NCBI GenBank assembly: GCA_963802385.1
Contig: CAWDIO010000020.1
Span: 12,422-76,421, forward strand
Length of the DNA: 64,000 nucleotides
Reading direction: 5' to 3'
Source: an uncultured Acidimicrobiales bacterium
GTDB taxonomy: Bacteria; Actinomycetota; Acidimicrobiia; Acidimicrobiales; VFJN01
Shown here: positions 16,143 to 26,920 of the stretch, piece by piece
How the letters are laid out: each line of letters starts with the position of its first letter
How positions within the stretch are numbered: the first letter of the stretch is position 1
Translations under genes and position numbers: made by a program
Notes under the pieces: generated by a model
Seen by the model: the letters and a program-made list of their open reading frames with translations, nothing else
Databases searched by the model: none
What the model was told of the DNA's origin: nothing

Positions 16143-17362
16143 CCCAGGTAGGCCTCGGCCTGGCTGGCGACCAGCTGCTCGATGTCGCCCATGGCGACGT
16201 TGACGTCGATCAGGTGCATGCCCCACCCACCGGGCAGGTCGCCCCGGATGTCGTCGGTGCGGGGATCGGCCGGGTCGCCGTTCACGGTCAAGGACAGCCA
16301 GGTGTAGCCCTCCTGGCTCGTGCACTCGCCCTCGACGAAGTCGGGGTAGGTGACGAACGGCGTGGTCACCTCCGCGGTCCGGGCCGGGTCGGCGAAGGGC
16401 TGGGAGTTGGCGGCGAGGAAGAACGGGTGCAGCATCCCCTCGCCACCCGACAGCGCGGCCGGGTTGACGCACGCCGCGGGGCCGGTCTGGTTGCTGCGGC
16501 CGAACAGCCCGTTGGGGAAGGGCGGCTGGCTGGCCCGGTACGACTCGTAGGACACCACGCAGCCGGTCTCGTCGTCGGCCTGGCACAGCGGGATGTTGTC
16601 GAGGTCGCCCCCCACCACCTCGCCCTCGGGCACGTGGAGCGGGAAGCCGAGCAGGTAGGCGGCCACCAGCCGGCCGCGCAGCAGGGGCTCGTCGTCGATC
16701 TCGTCCTGGATGAGGCGGGACAGGATCCCGGCGCCCTGGGAGTGGCCGATGAGCACGAAGCCGCGGCCGTCGCTGTCGTTGGCGATGTAGGACCTGAAGG
16801 CGTCGACCACGTCGTCGTACGCCATGCCGAAGGGCGAGACGCCGGGCGCGGGCTCGGGGCCGCCCCCGCCGATCATGGCCAGCGTGACCTGGCGGTACAT
16901 CGGCGCGAACATGCGGCAGGTCGAGTTGAGCCGGGCGGCCTGGTTGTAGACGACGTTGGTCTCCTCGTTCCCGACCACCATGTCGCTGTTGGTGCCCGGG
17001 TCGCGGGACACCGTGGGGTAGACGTAGAAGCAGTCGATGCCGGGGTCCTCGGCCGGCTCGTGCGCCATCACCTCCATCGACCCGTCGGGTGCCACCGCGG
17101 TGGCGTCGAGGGCCTGCGAGCAGGCATCGTCGGCGTCGGGCCGGCACAGCCAGTTGGCGTCGTCGCCGTAGACCGCACTGGTGTAGCCCTCGTAGTCGGC
17201 GGGCAGGGCCACGGGCTCGGTGGTCGTGGTGGTGGCGGCCGCCTGGTCGCCCTCGTCACCGGCCTGGTCGTCGCCGCCCCCACCGGAGCAGGCCGCGAGG
17301 ATCAGCGCCAGGGCGACCGCCGTGCGAGCGGCATGGTGCCCGACGTGGTGCACTACCCCCAT
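16139..17362 (-). CDS. DUF3089-like alpha/beta hydrolase lipoprotein, paralogue 2
   Basis: Lipobox LILAACSGG and the same motifs as paralogue 1, with high similarity along the whole length by eye. Confidence 0.75.
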   Translation of the reverse strand: MGVVHHVGHHAARTAVALALILAACSGGGGDDQAGDEGDQAAATTTTTEPVALPADYEGYTSAVYGDDANWLCRPDADDACSQALDATAVAPDGSMEVMAHEPAEDPGIDCFYVYPTVSRDPGTNSDMVVGNEETNVVYNQAARLNSTCRMFAPMYRQVTLAMIGGGGPEPAPGVSPFGMAYDDVVDAFRSYIANDSDGRGFVLIGHSQGAGILSRLIQDEIDDEPLLRGRLVAAYLLGFPLHVPEGEVVGGDLDNIPLCQADDETGCVVSYESYRASQPPFPNGLFGRSNQTGPAACVNPAALSGGEGMLHPFFLAANSQPFADPARTAEVTTPFVTYPDFVEGECTSQEGYTWLSLTVNGDPADPRTDDIRGDLPGGWGMHLIDVNVAMGDIEQLVASQAEAYLG

Positions 17363-17416
17363 GCTTTCCCCCTTCTCAGTTCCCGAACGCTACTCCGAGT
17401 AAGGCAGGCTGTTCCT

Positions 17417-18386
17417 ATGCGTATCGTCATCTACGGTGCGGGTGCCGTCGGGGGCGTCATCGGCGGGCGGTTGTTCCAAGCGGGCCACGATGTGACCCTC
17501 ATCGCGCGGGGCGAGCACCTGCGCGTGCTCCAGGAACGGGGGCTGACCCTGGCCTCGCCACTGGGGTCGGACACGCTCCCCGTCCCCGCGGTGGGCGGGC
17601 CCGCCGAGGCCGGGCTGGCGGCGGGCGACGCCGTCGTGCTGGCCATGAAGAGCCAGCACACCGAGGCGGCGCTGGCCGACCTGGTGCGGGCGGCCCCGCC
17701 GGGCGTGGCGGTGGTGTGCGCCCAGAACGGGGTGGACAACGAGCGCCGGGCGCTGCGGTCGTTCCCCGACGTGTACGGGGTCTCGGTCATGCTCCCCGCC
17801 ACCCACCTGGAGCCGGGCGTGGTCCTGTCGCACTCGGCCGGGCTCACCGGGCTGCTCGACCTGGGGCGCTACCCGTCCGGCGTCGACGACACGGCGCGGG
17901 CCCTGGCCGAGGCGTTCAGCGAGGCGACCTTCGCCTCGGAGGCCCGGGCCGACATCATGCGCTGGAAGTACCGCAAGCTGCTGCTCAACCTGGGCAACGC
18001 GGTGGAGGCCGTGTGCGGGGGCGAGGCGCGGCGCGGCCCGCTCTACGGCCTGGTCATGGAGGAGGGCGCCGCGGCCCTGGCCGCCGCGGGCATCGACGTG
18101 GTGTCCGGCGGCCGAGGACCAGGAGCGGCGGGGCGACCACCTCCGGCTGCGGCCCATCGAGGGCGCCCGGCGGGAGGGCGGCTCGTCATGGCAGAGCCTG
18201 GCCCGGGGCCAGGGCTCGATCGAGGCCGACTACCTCAACGGCGAGATCGTCCTGCTGGGCCGCCTCCACGGGGTGCCCACCCCCGCCAACGAGCTGTTCC
18301 AGCAGCTGGCCGGCCAGTTCGCCGCCGAGGGCCGCCCGCCCGGCTCGCTCACCGCGGACGAGATCATGGCCCGCCTGGGCGGGTGA
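17417..18386 (+). CDS. 2-dehydropantoate 2-reductase (ApbA/PanE family), one frameshift near 18110
   Basis: MRIVIYGAGAVGGVIGGRL Rossmann start. After the break the reading ERRGDHLRLRPIEG...SSWQSLARGQGSIEADYLNGEIVLLGRLHGVPTPANE matches the PanE C-terminal domain. TGA 18384-18386. Confidence 0.75.
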
Positions 18387-19623
18387 CCTCGGCCAGGCGG
18401 CGGGTGAGGTAGGCGCGCTCCGGGGCGGTGCGGGCGCGGGCCAGGGCGGTGCGGTAGTCGGCGGCCGCCTCGTCGGCGCGGCCCAGGCGGCGCAGGAAGT
18501 CGGCCCGGGTGGCGGGCAGCTGGTGGCCGCGGGCCAGGCGGGGATCGTCCGCCACCGCGTCGACCACCGCCAGGCCGGCCTCGGGGCCGTCGGCGAAGGA
18601 GACCGCCACCGCGCGGTTCAGCTCCACCACGGGCGACGGGGCCCGCCCGGCCAGCTCGGCGTACAGGGCGGCGATGCGGGACCAGTCCGTCGCCGGCCAC
18701 GACGCGGCGCGGGCGTGCTCGGCCGCGATGGCCGCCTGGAGGCGGTACGGCCCCGGTGTCCCGAGGCGCCACGCCCGGTCGAGCTGGGCCAGGCCCTCGG
18801 CGATGCGGTCGCGGTCCCAGCGGCCGCGGTCCTGGTCCTCCAGCAGGACCAGGTCGCCCGAGGCGGACACGCGGGCGGCGCGCCGGCTGTCCTGCAGCAG
18901 CACCAGGGCCAGGAGGCCCCGGGCCTCGGGCTCGTCGGGCATGAGCCCGACCACCAGCCGGGCCAGGCGCACGCCCTCGTCGCACAGCTCGCGGCGGATG
19001 AGCGCGTCGCCGCCGGTGGCCGCGTAGCCCTCGGTGAACACCAGGTAGACGCAGGCCAGCACCGACGGCAGCCGCTCGGGCAGCAGGTGGGCGGGCGGCA
19101 CCCGGAACGGGATCCCCGCCGTGCGGATCTTGGCCTTGGCCCGGCTCAGGCGCTGCGCCACCGTCGCCTCGGGCTGGAGGAAGGCCCGGGCGATCTCGGC
19201 CGTCTGGAGCCCGCACACCAGCCGCAGCGTCAGGCCCACCTGGGCCGCCGGCGCCAGCGCCGGGTGGCAGCAGGTGAAGATGAGGCGCAGCTGGTCGTCG
19301 TCCACGGGTTCCACCTCGGGGTCCTCGGGCGGCGGCGCGGGGGAGAGCGGCGCCGCCGCCCGCTCGCGGCTGTCCCTGTCGACCTCGCGGCGGGCGCGGT
19401 CGATGGCCCGGTTGCGGGCGGTGGTGGTGATCCACGCCCCGGGCCGGTCGGGGACGCCCCGCTCCGGCCAGGTGCGCAGCGCCTCCACGAACGCCTCCTG
19501 CACGGCGTCCTCGGCCGCGCCCAGGTCGCCGAGCAGCCGGGCGAGCGTGGCCAGCGCCCGCCCGGACTCCTCGCGGAACGCCCGCTCGACCGCGTCCGGG
19601 GTGGAGCTCAGCCCCGCTCCCAC
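18364..19623 (-). CDS. ECF-type RNA polymerase sigma factor with long C-terminal extension (the type paired with YciI proteins)
   Basis: Region 2 AVQEAFVEALRTWP...WITTTARNRAIDRAR and region 4 LRLVCGLQTAEIARAFLQPEATVAQRLSRAK, then a ~230-aa helical extension. GTG 19623 overlaps the end of the YciI gene. Confidence 0.8.
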   Translation of the reverse strand: MGAGLSSTPDAVERAFREESGRALATLARLLGDLGAAEDAVQEAFVEALRTWPERGVPDRPGAWITTTARNRAIDRARREVDRDSRERAAAPLSPAPPPEDPEVEPVDDDQLRLIFTCCHPALAPAAQVGLTLRLVCGLQTAEIARAFLQPEATVAQRLSRAKAKIRTAGIPFRVPPAHLLPERLPSVLACVYLVFTEGYAATGGDALIRRELCDEGVRLARLVVGLMPDEPEARGLLALVLLQDSRRAARVSASGDLVLLEDQDRGRWDRDRIAEGLAQLDRAWRLGTPGPYRLQAAIAAEHARAASWPATDWSRIAALYAELAGRAPSPVVELNRAVAVSFADGPEAGLAVVDAVADDPRLARGHQLPATRADFLRRLGRADEAAADYRTALARARTAPERAYLTRRLAEVTRPGGP

Positions 19624-20318
19624 ACCGGCCGGACCTCGACCGCGTTCTCGGACGGGACGGGGATGCGCCCGGCCAGCGCGACCGCCGCGTCGCGGTCGGC
19701 CGCCTGGACCATGTACAGGCACCCGGCCACGTCGGCCGCCTCGCCCAGTGAGCCGTCGGTGACGATCACCTCGCCGTCTCTCACCTGCACGGTGGTGGCC
19801 ATGGTGGTGGGGTGGAGGGCCGCCCCGCCCAGCACCGCAGCGCCCGCGTCGGCCACGAAGGCGCGATGCGCCACGGCCGCCTCGTCCCACTCGGGGGTGC
19901 CGGGGGTGGTGGCCTCCTTGCCGTAGGCCATGGCCAGGAAGCGCTGGCCCGTGACCGCCGGGTCGTCGGCGTTGGGGTACCAGCCCACCAGCGGGCGCAG
20001 CGCGATCCAGCCGTTGGACGCGGCGGGGATCTCCCGAGCCAGCTCGATGGCATCGTCGAGGGTGTCGGTCTCCAACACGTAGAACCCGCCGATGGCCTCG
20101 ATCGTCTCGGCGAACGGCCCATCCGTGACCAGCGGGGCGCCGTCGCCGTGGCGGATGGTCGCCGCGGTCCCGGCCTCCAGCAGGGCGGCGCCGCCCCGGA
20201 TGGCTCCCGCGGCCCGCTCGCCGAAGCGGGCGTAGCCGGCGGAGCGGGCCTCGAACGCGGGGGTGCCGGGCTCGGGGTCCGTGGACGGGTCGGTCCCCAA
20301 CAGTGCGAGGTACTGCAT
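19608..20318 (-). CDS. tandem YciI (DGPF) domain protein
   Basis: Two YciI-like halves. The first has VTDGPFAETIEAIGGFYVLE. Conserved partner immediately upstream of the ECF sigma gene. Confidence 0.75.
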   Translation of the reverse strand: MQYLALLGTDPSTDPEPGTPAFEARSAGYARFGERAAGAIRGGAALLEAGTAATIRHGDGAPLVTDGPFAETIEAIGGFYVLETDTLDDAIELAREIPAASNGWIALRPLVGWYPNADDPAVTGQRFLAMAYGKEATTPGTPEWDEAAVAHRAFVADAGAAVLGGAALHPTTMATTVQVRDGEVIVTDGSLGEAADVAGCLYMVQAADRDAAVALAGRIPVPSENAVEVRPVWERG

Positions 20319-20501
20319 CGTGCCTCCGTTTCGTGCCGGGCGGCGGTCGCCCGGTCACCTATGACGACGAGCGGGGACCGCGCCCTTCGACAGAAATCTG
20401 CATCCCGGGCGACGAGGACTCCGAACTTCTATAGGCAAAGATTGGGGATAGTCTGACGCTCGGGGGTAAGACCGCGGCTCAGGCCTGCGCGCGGAGGCGG
20501 C

Positions 20502-23500
20502 ATGGAGTCACCAGGCGGAACTCCCACCTACGAGGGCGACCATGACGTGCTGGGCGGTGTCGTGCCCCGTGCCCGCATGCGACCGCCCCAGGTGCGGGCG
20601 CTGCCGCGTGAGCGGTTGCTGCGGTCGCTGGCCACGGCAGGCGACCACCGGCTGGTCCTCATCACCGGACCGGCCGGTTGCGGCAAGACCACCCTGCTGG
20701 CCCAGTACACCGCGGGCCTGACCGTCCCCACCGCCTGGTACCGCCTCGACGCCGGGGACCGGCGCGAGGCCACCCTGCTGGGCCATCTGGCCCTGGCCCT
20801 GACCAGCGTGGTCGAGCCCGTGGACCCCGGCGTGGGGGCGGCGTGGTCGTCCGCCGAGCAGGCCGCCGAGGCGCTGGAGCGGGTGACGGCCGAGCGGGTG
20901 GTGCTGGCGCTGGACGACCTGCACGAGGTGGCGGGCACGCCCGCCGAGGCGGCCCTCGGACGGCTGGTCGAGCTGGCGCCCCCGTGGCTGGTGGTGGCCG
21001 CCACCTGCCGCCAGGCCCCCGCCTGGAACCTGTCGCGGCTGCGGGTGTCGGGCGAGCTGGGCGAGATCGGGGCCGACGACCTGCGCTTCCGGTCATGGGA
21101 GGTCGAGCGGCTGTTCGCCGACCTGTACGGCGAGCCCCTGCCGCCCGCCGACCTCGCCCGCCTGGCCCGGGGCCTGGAGGGATGGGCCGCGGGCCTCCAG
21201 CTGTTCCACCTGGCCACCCGGGGCAAGCACACCAGCGAGCGGCGCCGGGCGGTGGCCGCGCTGCCCGCCCGCTCCAAGCTCATCCGCGAGTACCTGTCGG
21301 GCAACGTGCTGGACGAGCTGCCCGACGAGCAGCGCGACTTCCTCATCGACACCAGCGTGCTCGGGCGGCTCAGCCCGGCGCTGTGCAACAGCCTGCGCGA
21401 GCGCCACGACGCCCTGCGGCTCCTGACCGAGCTGGAGGCGCGCCAGGTGTTCGTGACCCGGCTGGACGAAGACGAGCCCGTCTACCGCTACCACGAGGTG
21501 TTCCGCGCCTACCTGGAGACCCGGTTGGTGGAGCGGGAAGGCGAGCCCCAGGCCAAGGAGTGGGGCCGGCGGGCCGCGGCCCTGCTGGAGGACGGCGGCT
21601 GGGTGATGGACGCCCTGCGGGCCTACTGCTGGTCGGGCGATTGGGCCTCGGTGGGCCGGGTGGTGGCCACCGGGGGCGCCGAGCTGGCCGACGACGAGAA
21701 GTCGTGGCTGGACTGGCTGCCCGCCGGGCTGGTGGAGGAGGACCCCTGGGTCATGATGGCCGCCGCCCGCCGCGCCGCGGCCAGCGGGCGCCTCGCCACC
21801 GCCCTCGACCTCTACCAACGGGCGGAGACCCTGGCGGTGGGCACCGCGGCCCGCGACATCTGTCGCCGGGAGCGGGCCGAGATCGTGGCCTGGCTCGACC
21901 CGGCGGCGCCCGAGCCGTCGGGGTGGGCCGGCCGGCTGCGGGCGGTGGTGCGCACCCGCCCGGTCCAGGTCATCCCGGAGCGGCCCGGCGCCGCGCCGGC
22001 GCTGGGCGGCAGCATCGTGGGCGCGGCGGTCGTGGCCGGTGCGTCCGCACCCGACGAGGACGATCCCGCGCTCCCCGGCGGGGCGGGCGAGGTGGTGGGC
22101 GAGGCGCTGGTGGCGGCGGTGGGTGCCGCCCTCGCCGGGCGGCTCACCGAGGCGTCACAGCTGTTCGGGGGCCTGGCCGACGACCCCGAGGTGCCGCTGC
22201 CCACCGCGGCGGCGGCCCGCCTGGCGCTCACCGCGGTGCACGTGCTGGCGGCGCGGCCCATCGGGGGCGAGGCGGACGACCTGGCCGAGCTGGTCGAGCT
22301 GGTCGAGCTGGCCGACATGCCCTGGCTGTCGGCGCTGGCCCGGGCCGCGGCGGGGCTGGCCGGCGGCGACGACGGCTGGCACCGGGCCCTGGAGGTGGCG
22401 GGCGAGTGCGAGGCCCAGGGCGACCCCTGGGGCGGCGTGGCCGGCCGGTTCTTCGCCGTGCTCGGGTCGCTGGCGACCGGGGGCGCCCCGGTGGGCGAGC
22501 TGGTCGGCCTGTGCGACCGGCTGCGGCGCCTGGAGGCGGGCGCGGTGGAGTGCTGGTGCCGCGCCTGGCTGGCCACCGCCATGGCCCGCGCGGGCGACAG
22601 CCGGGCCCTGGAGGTGGCCCGGGCGGCCGAGCGGGACGCGGCCGTGGCCGAGGTGCCGGGCGCCCAGGTGTGGGCGATCATGGTCGAGGCCGAGCTGGCC
22701 TCGGACGACGAGGCCCGCGAGCTGATGGCGCGGGCCGAGGCCCTGCGCTACCGCTGGGGCGTCGACGTGCCGGTCCTGCCCGCGGGCGTCTCGGTGGTGG
22801 CGGTGGCGCCGCGGCCGGTGCGGGACAGCGGCCCGGGACTGCGGGTGCGCTGCCTGGGCGGGTTCCAGGTCGAGCTGGACGGACGGCCGGTCGACGTCTC
22901 GGCGGTCAAGCCCCGGGCGCGCTCGGCGCTGCACCTGCTGGCCGCCCAGGGCGGCCGCCCGGTCCACGCGGAGAGCATGGTCGAGGCGCTGTGGCCCGAC
23001 CTCGACGCCGCCTCGGGCAAGCGCAACCTGCAGGTGGCGGTGTCCTCGGTGCGGCGGCTGCTGGACGACCATCGCCCCGGGGGCGGCGCGCTGGTCCGCC
23101 GGGACGGCCCCGCCTACGTGCTGGCGCTGCCCGACGTGGCCTGCGCGGACGTGGCGGTGTTCGCTGCGGCCCGCGACGAGGCCCGGGAGGCGGCGCGCTC
23201 AGGCGACGAGGCGATGGTCCTCGACGCGGGCGACCGGGCGCTGGTGGCGTACGGGGGCGACCTGCTGCCCGAGGAGGGCCCGGCCGACTGGGTGGTCGAG
23301 CTGCGGCGGCAGGCGGCGGCGGATGCCACCGAGGTGGCGCTGCTGGTGGCGGAGACGGCGCTCGGCGTGGGCAGCCACGACGTGGCGGCGGCGGCCTGCG
23401 CCCGAGGGCTCGACATCGATCGCTACCACGACGGGCTGTGGCGCCTCCTGGTCGACGCCCAGGAGCGCACCGGCGACCTCGCCGCGGCCACCCGCAGCAA

Positions 23501-23558
23501 CGAGCGCTACCACGCCATGCTGCGGGAGCTGGGAGTGTCGAACGAAGCCCTGGCCTGA
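20502..23558 (+). CDS. MalT-like STAND ATPase fused to a C-terminal SARP module (OmpR-type wHTH + BTAD)
   Basis: Uninterrupted 1018-aa ORF. Walker A ITGPAGCGKTTLL, Walker B VVLALDDLHEV, and the MalT-type GWAAGLQLF and REYLSGNVLDELPDEQRDFLIDTSVL. The C-terminal LRVRCLGGFQVELDGRPV...ALWPD...NLQVAVSSVRRLL plus BTAD helices end in YHAMLRELGV. Confidence 0.8.
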   Translation: MESPGGTPTYEGDHDVLGGVVPRARMRPPQVRALPRERLLRSLATAGDHRLVLITGPAGCGKTTLLAQYTAGLTVPTAWYRLDAGDRREATLLGHLALALTSVVEPVDPGVGAAWSSAEQAAEALERVTAERVVLALDDLHEVAGTPAEAALGRLVELAPPWLVVAATCRQAPAWNLSRLRVSGELGEIGADDLRFRSWEVERLFADLYGEPLPPADLARLARGLEGWAAGLQLFHLATRGKHTSERRRAVAALPARSKLIREYLSGNVLDELPDEQRDFLIDTSVLGRLSPALCNSLRERHDALRLLTELEARQVFVTRLDEDEPVYRYHEVFRAYLETRLVEREGEPQAKEWGRRAAALLEDGGWVMDALRAYCWSGDWASVGRVVATGGAELADDEKSWLDWLPAGLVEEDPWVMMAAARRAAASGRLATALDLYQRAETLAVGTAARDICRRERAEIVAWLDPAAPEPSGWAGRLRAVVRTRPVQVIPERPGAAPALGGSIVGAAVVAGASAPDEDDPALPGGAGEVVGEALVAAVGAALAGRLTEASQLFGGLADDPEVPLPTAAAARLALTAVHVLAARPIGGEADDLAELVELVELADMPWLSALARAAAGLAGGDDGWHRALEVAGECEAQGDPWGGVAGRFFAVLGSLATGGAPVGELVGLCDRLRRLEAGAVECWCRAWLATAMARAGDSRALEVARAAERDAAVAEVPGAQVWAIMVEAELASDDEARELMARAEALRYRWGVDVPVLPAGVSVVAVAPRPVRDSGPGLRVRCLGGFQVELDGRPVDVSAVKPRARSALHLLAAQGGRPVHAESMVEALWPDLDAASGKRNLQVAVSSVRRLLDDHRPGGGALVRRDGPAYVLALPDVACADVAVFAAARDEAREAARSGDEAMVLDAGDRALVAYGGDLLPEEGPADWVVELRRQAAADATEVALLVAETALGVGSHDVAAAACARGLDIDRYHDGLWRLLVDAQERTGDLAAATRSNERYHAMLRELGVSNEALA

Positions 23559-23566
23559 CCCGCCGG

Positions 23567-23663
23567 CGAGGCAATAGCGGCCGCTGCGGCTGTCACGAGG
23601 CACTAGCGCCCGGGGGCCGACCCCTATTGCCTCGAGACCCGCCGGCCGACCCCTATTGCCTCG
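23567..23663 (+). repeat. 97-bp nested-palindrome intergenic repeat, copy B
   Basis: CGAGGCAATAGCGGCC..ACGAGGCACTAGCGCCCGGGGGCCGACCCCTATTGCCTCG..GACCCCTATTGCCTCG. Begins 8 nt after stop 23556-23558. Confidence 0.9.
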
Positions 23664-23720
23664 GGCGCCAACTGGACCCGTCGGGCTGACCGTGAGGGGC
23701 GGCCGGGGGAGCTGGGCGGG

Positions 23721-24353
23721 TCAGATGAGGCCCTGGCGCAGCGCGTAGGCCACTGCGTGCGAGCGGTTGCGCAGCTGCAGCCGGCTGGTCACGTCGTGGA
23801 TGATGTTCTTCACCGTGCGCTCGGAGTACGACAGGTTGTCGGCGATCTCCGAGGTGTCCCAGCCGTCGGCCACCAGCTTGAGCACCTTGACCTCGCGGTC
23901 GGTGAGCCCGCCGAAGGTGAGGCCCCGAGGGTGCAGCACCTGGCGCTGGAGCCGGCCGATCTGCTGGAGCAGGCGGCCGAGCAGGTCGGGGGGCACGGTG
24001 CCGTCGCCCGCGGCGGCGGCCTGGATGGCGGGGACGAGCCGCTCGGGCACGGCGTCGGCGCGGCGCAGCAGGCCGCAGGCGCCGGCCTCGGTCACGGTGA
24101 GGACGGCGGCGTCGTCGAGCCGGCCCGCCACCACCAGGACCCGCTGGACGCCGGAGCGGCCCAGGGCGCGGATGGACTGGGCCGCAGCCTCGTCGACCTC
24201 GTCGACGACCACGATGGCGACGGTGTCGTCGCCGGGGGCGCCTGCGTCGTGCAGGCGGACCTCGATGCCGGGCTGCCCCCGGAGCTGAGCCTCGACACCC
24301 GAGCAGGACACGGGATCGTCGGCGTGGACGAGGACAGGGATGCGAACGGACAC
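23721..24353 (-). CDS. LuxR/NarL-family regulator with receiver-like N-terminal domain
   Basis: C-terminal LTDREVKVLKLVADGWDTSEIADNLSYSERTVKNIIHDV (LuxR HTH). The N-terminal 120 aa are receiver-like (IPVLVHADD...IVVVDEVDE). Confidence 0.8.
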   Translation of the reverse strand: MSVRIPVLVHADDPVSCSGVEAQLRGQPGIEVRLHDAGAPGDDTVAIVVVDEVDEAAAQSIRALGRSGVQRVLVVAGRLDDAAVLTVTEAGACGLLRRADAVPERLVPAIQAAAAGDGTVPPDLLGRLLQQIGRLQRQVLHPRGLTFGGLTDREVKVLKLVADGWDTSEIADNLSYSERTVKNIIHDVTSRLQLRNRSHAVAYALRQGLI

Positions 24354-24482
24354 CGGGTCTCCATTCTCTCGATCGGCTTTCCCCGGCCGTGCCCGATGAC
24401 TGTGCCATCCGTGCCTTCACGGGCACTCAACGTCCGCTCAACGGGCACGCCCGAGGGCCAGGAGTCCCGCCCGATCGGGCAA

Positions 24483-26920
24483 TCAGGACCGAGTGAGCGT
24501 GAGGGGCCAGCCGGCCGCGGCGTCGCCGTCGACGCCCACCGCCACCGTGCCCGCGGCCGCCCGGACCAGCGCGCGGACCTGCTGGTCGCCGGGTCCGGCG
24601 CCCAGGCTGTCGGCCTCCCGGTCGAGCGGCTGCCAGCGGCCGAGGGCGTCGGGGGCGGCCAGCCACAGCGCCGTCTCGGCGCCCGCGGGGTCGCCGGGCA
24701 GCCCGGGCCGGGAGCCGGCCGCCACCACCGCCCCGTCCTCCAGCACCGCCAGGCCCCACACGCTGGGGACCCCGGTGTCGTCCGAGGGGTGGCCGTCGGC
24801 CTCGGTCCAGGTGGACAGGTCGGGTGAGGTCCAGACCGCCGGGGTCATCTGGGCCCCGCGCATCTGGCGCCCCAGCGCGAGCCAGTGCCCGTCGGCCAGG
24901 CGGACCAGCCGGTGCAGCTCCTGGCGCCCGGGACCGCCCAGCCCGGCGGTGGCGGCCCGCCGCCAGGTCTGCGCCGTCGTCCGAGCGCCAGATGCCCCCG
25001 TCGCCGTCGTCGCCGTCGTCGTTGAGGTCGCGGCCCACGGCCACCAGCCCCGCCCCGTCGGCCACCACGTCGTGCAGCGCGGCGGCGCCCTCCAGGCCCG
25101 TGGCGGCGACCGGCTCCCAGCCGCCGGGCGAGCCGTCGGGCGAGCGCCACACCGCGGCCTGGGTCGGGACGCCGGCCTCGTCCTCGCCGCCGGTCCAGCC
25201 CACGGCCACCAGGCCGGTGGGCCCGGCGGTGACGCCCGCGGCCGTCCCCGACTCGCCGGTCCAAGCCGGGGACCAGGTGGCGCCGGCGTCGAGCGACTCC
25301 CAGGCCGCGGGCCGGCTGCCGCCCGCGGAGCCCACCGCCACCAGGTGCGAGCCGTCGAGCGCGGTGGCGCCCAGCATGGCCTCGGGGGCCGCGGCCACCG
25401 GGACCGCGCCCCCGGTCAGCCGGGCGGTGCCCGCGGCCTCGGCGGCCACCTCGGTCGTGGACGGGCCGTCGCCGGTGGCCGGGGGTCCCGACGAGCCGCC
25501 GCCCGAGGCGGGGCCCCAGGCCACCACCGCGGCCAGCACCGCCGCCACCACGGCCGCGGCCGCCACCGCCGACACGAGCACCCGGCTCTGCTCCCGGCGG
25601 CCGTGGCCGTCGTCGCCGCCGATGCGGACCACCAGCTTGTCGTCCCGGTCGGTGAGGGTGAGCGAGGCCATAGGCAGGTGCCGGGACCGGGGCAGGCGGA
25701 TGTCGCTGGGGGCGGTCAGCTCGGCCCGGTCGAGGTCGACCGCGATGGCGACCGGGGCGTCGGGCTCGGCGGGCTCCGCGGGGTCGGCGGGCACGAGCAC
25801 CGGCGGCATGAGCACCGGCGGCGGCGGGGGCGCGGCCGGGGCCTCCGCCCGGCCCTCCAGGCGAGCCGCGGCCGCGATGGCGGCACCGAGGCACACCGCG
25901 TACTTGGGGTGGGCGTCCACCACCACCGGCCGGCCCAGCTCGCCGGTCACCAGCTCCGCCACCAGCGGCATGCGGCTGGCCCCGCCCACCAGCAGCACCG
26001 CGTCGAGCTCGTCCGGCGCCACGTCGGCGGAGGCGCAGGTCTGGCGGACCAGGTCGACGGTGCGCAGCACCACCGGCGCCACCATGCGCTCGAACTCGCC
26101 GCGCGAGATCAGCACCTCGCCCGAGCACCCGGGCAGGACCACGGGCACGGTGGCCTGGGTGTCGGACGACAGCGCCTCCTTGGCGTCCACCGCCGCCGCC
26201 CGCACCTGGAACAGGGCGGACAGGCCCACCGGGTCGTCGTCGTCCACCTCCGGCCAGCGCGGCCCCATGGACCGCACCACGTGGTCCAGCACCATCTCGT
26301 CCATGTCGACGCCGCCCAGCCGGTCGTCGCCCCGGGGCGAGCCGATGACCTCGAACGACGTGGCCGTCTTGCGCAGCAGCGTGGCGTCGAAGGTGCCGCC
26401 GCCCAGGTCGTACACGGCGATGAGGGCCCCGGCCGGGACCCGCTGCTGGGAGGCGTAGTAGAGGCCGGCCGCCACCGGCTCGGGCAGCAGGCCGGCGCGG
26501 GGCAGCCCGGCGGCCGCGGCCGCGTCGGCCAGCAACGTGAGCCGGTGCTGGCCCCAGGAGGCGGGATGGGTCAGCACCGCATAGTCGGGCGGGCCGCCCT
26601 CCCGTTCGGCCACCTTGCCGGCCACCCACCGGACCACCTGGGCGGTGAGCTCCGCCGCGCTCGAAGTGCCGGTCCCCCAGCACCACGGGGACGTAGTCGC
26701 CCACCCGGCGCTTGAACTCGCGCACCACCCGCAGGGGCTCGGTCAGGGCCCGGCGCACCGCGGCCTCGCCCACCAGCATGACCCCGTCCTCCCGCAGGAA
26801 CAGGACCGACGGCACGGTGGCGGCCCGGTCGCCCAGCGCCACCGTCGCGGCCCGACCGTCGCGCCAGGTGGCCGCCGCGCTGAAGGTGGTGCCGACGTCG
26901 ATGCCGACGGCGTAGCTCAC
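24483..26920 (-). pseudogene. Hsp70-family (actin-like ATPase) protein with Pro-rich linker, TM helix and C-terminal beta-propeller-like repeats; two frameshifts
   Basis: N-terminal MSYAVGIDVGTTFSAAA, DLGGGTFD, LLVGGASRMPLV (Hsp70 phosphate/adenosine motifs). TM VLVSAVAAAAVVAAVLAAVVAWG. The C-terminal part has repeated xLVAVG...AAVWRSPDG..W units. Frame breaks near 26650 and 24975. Confidence 0.7.
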
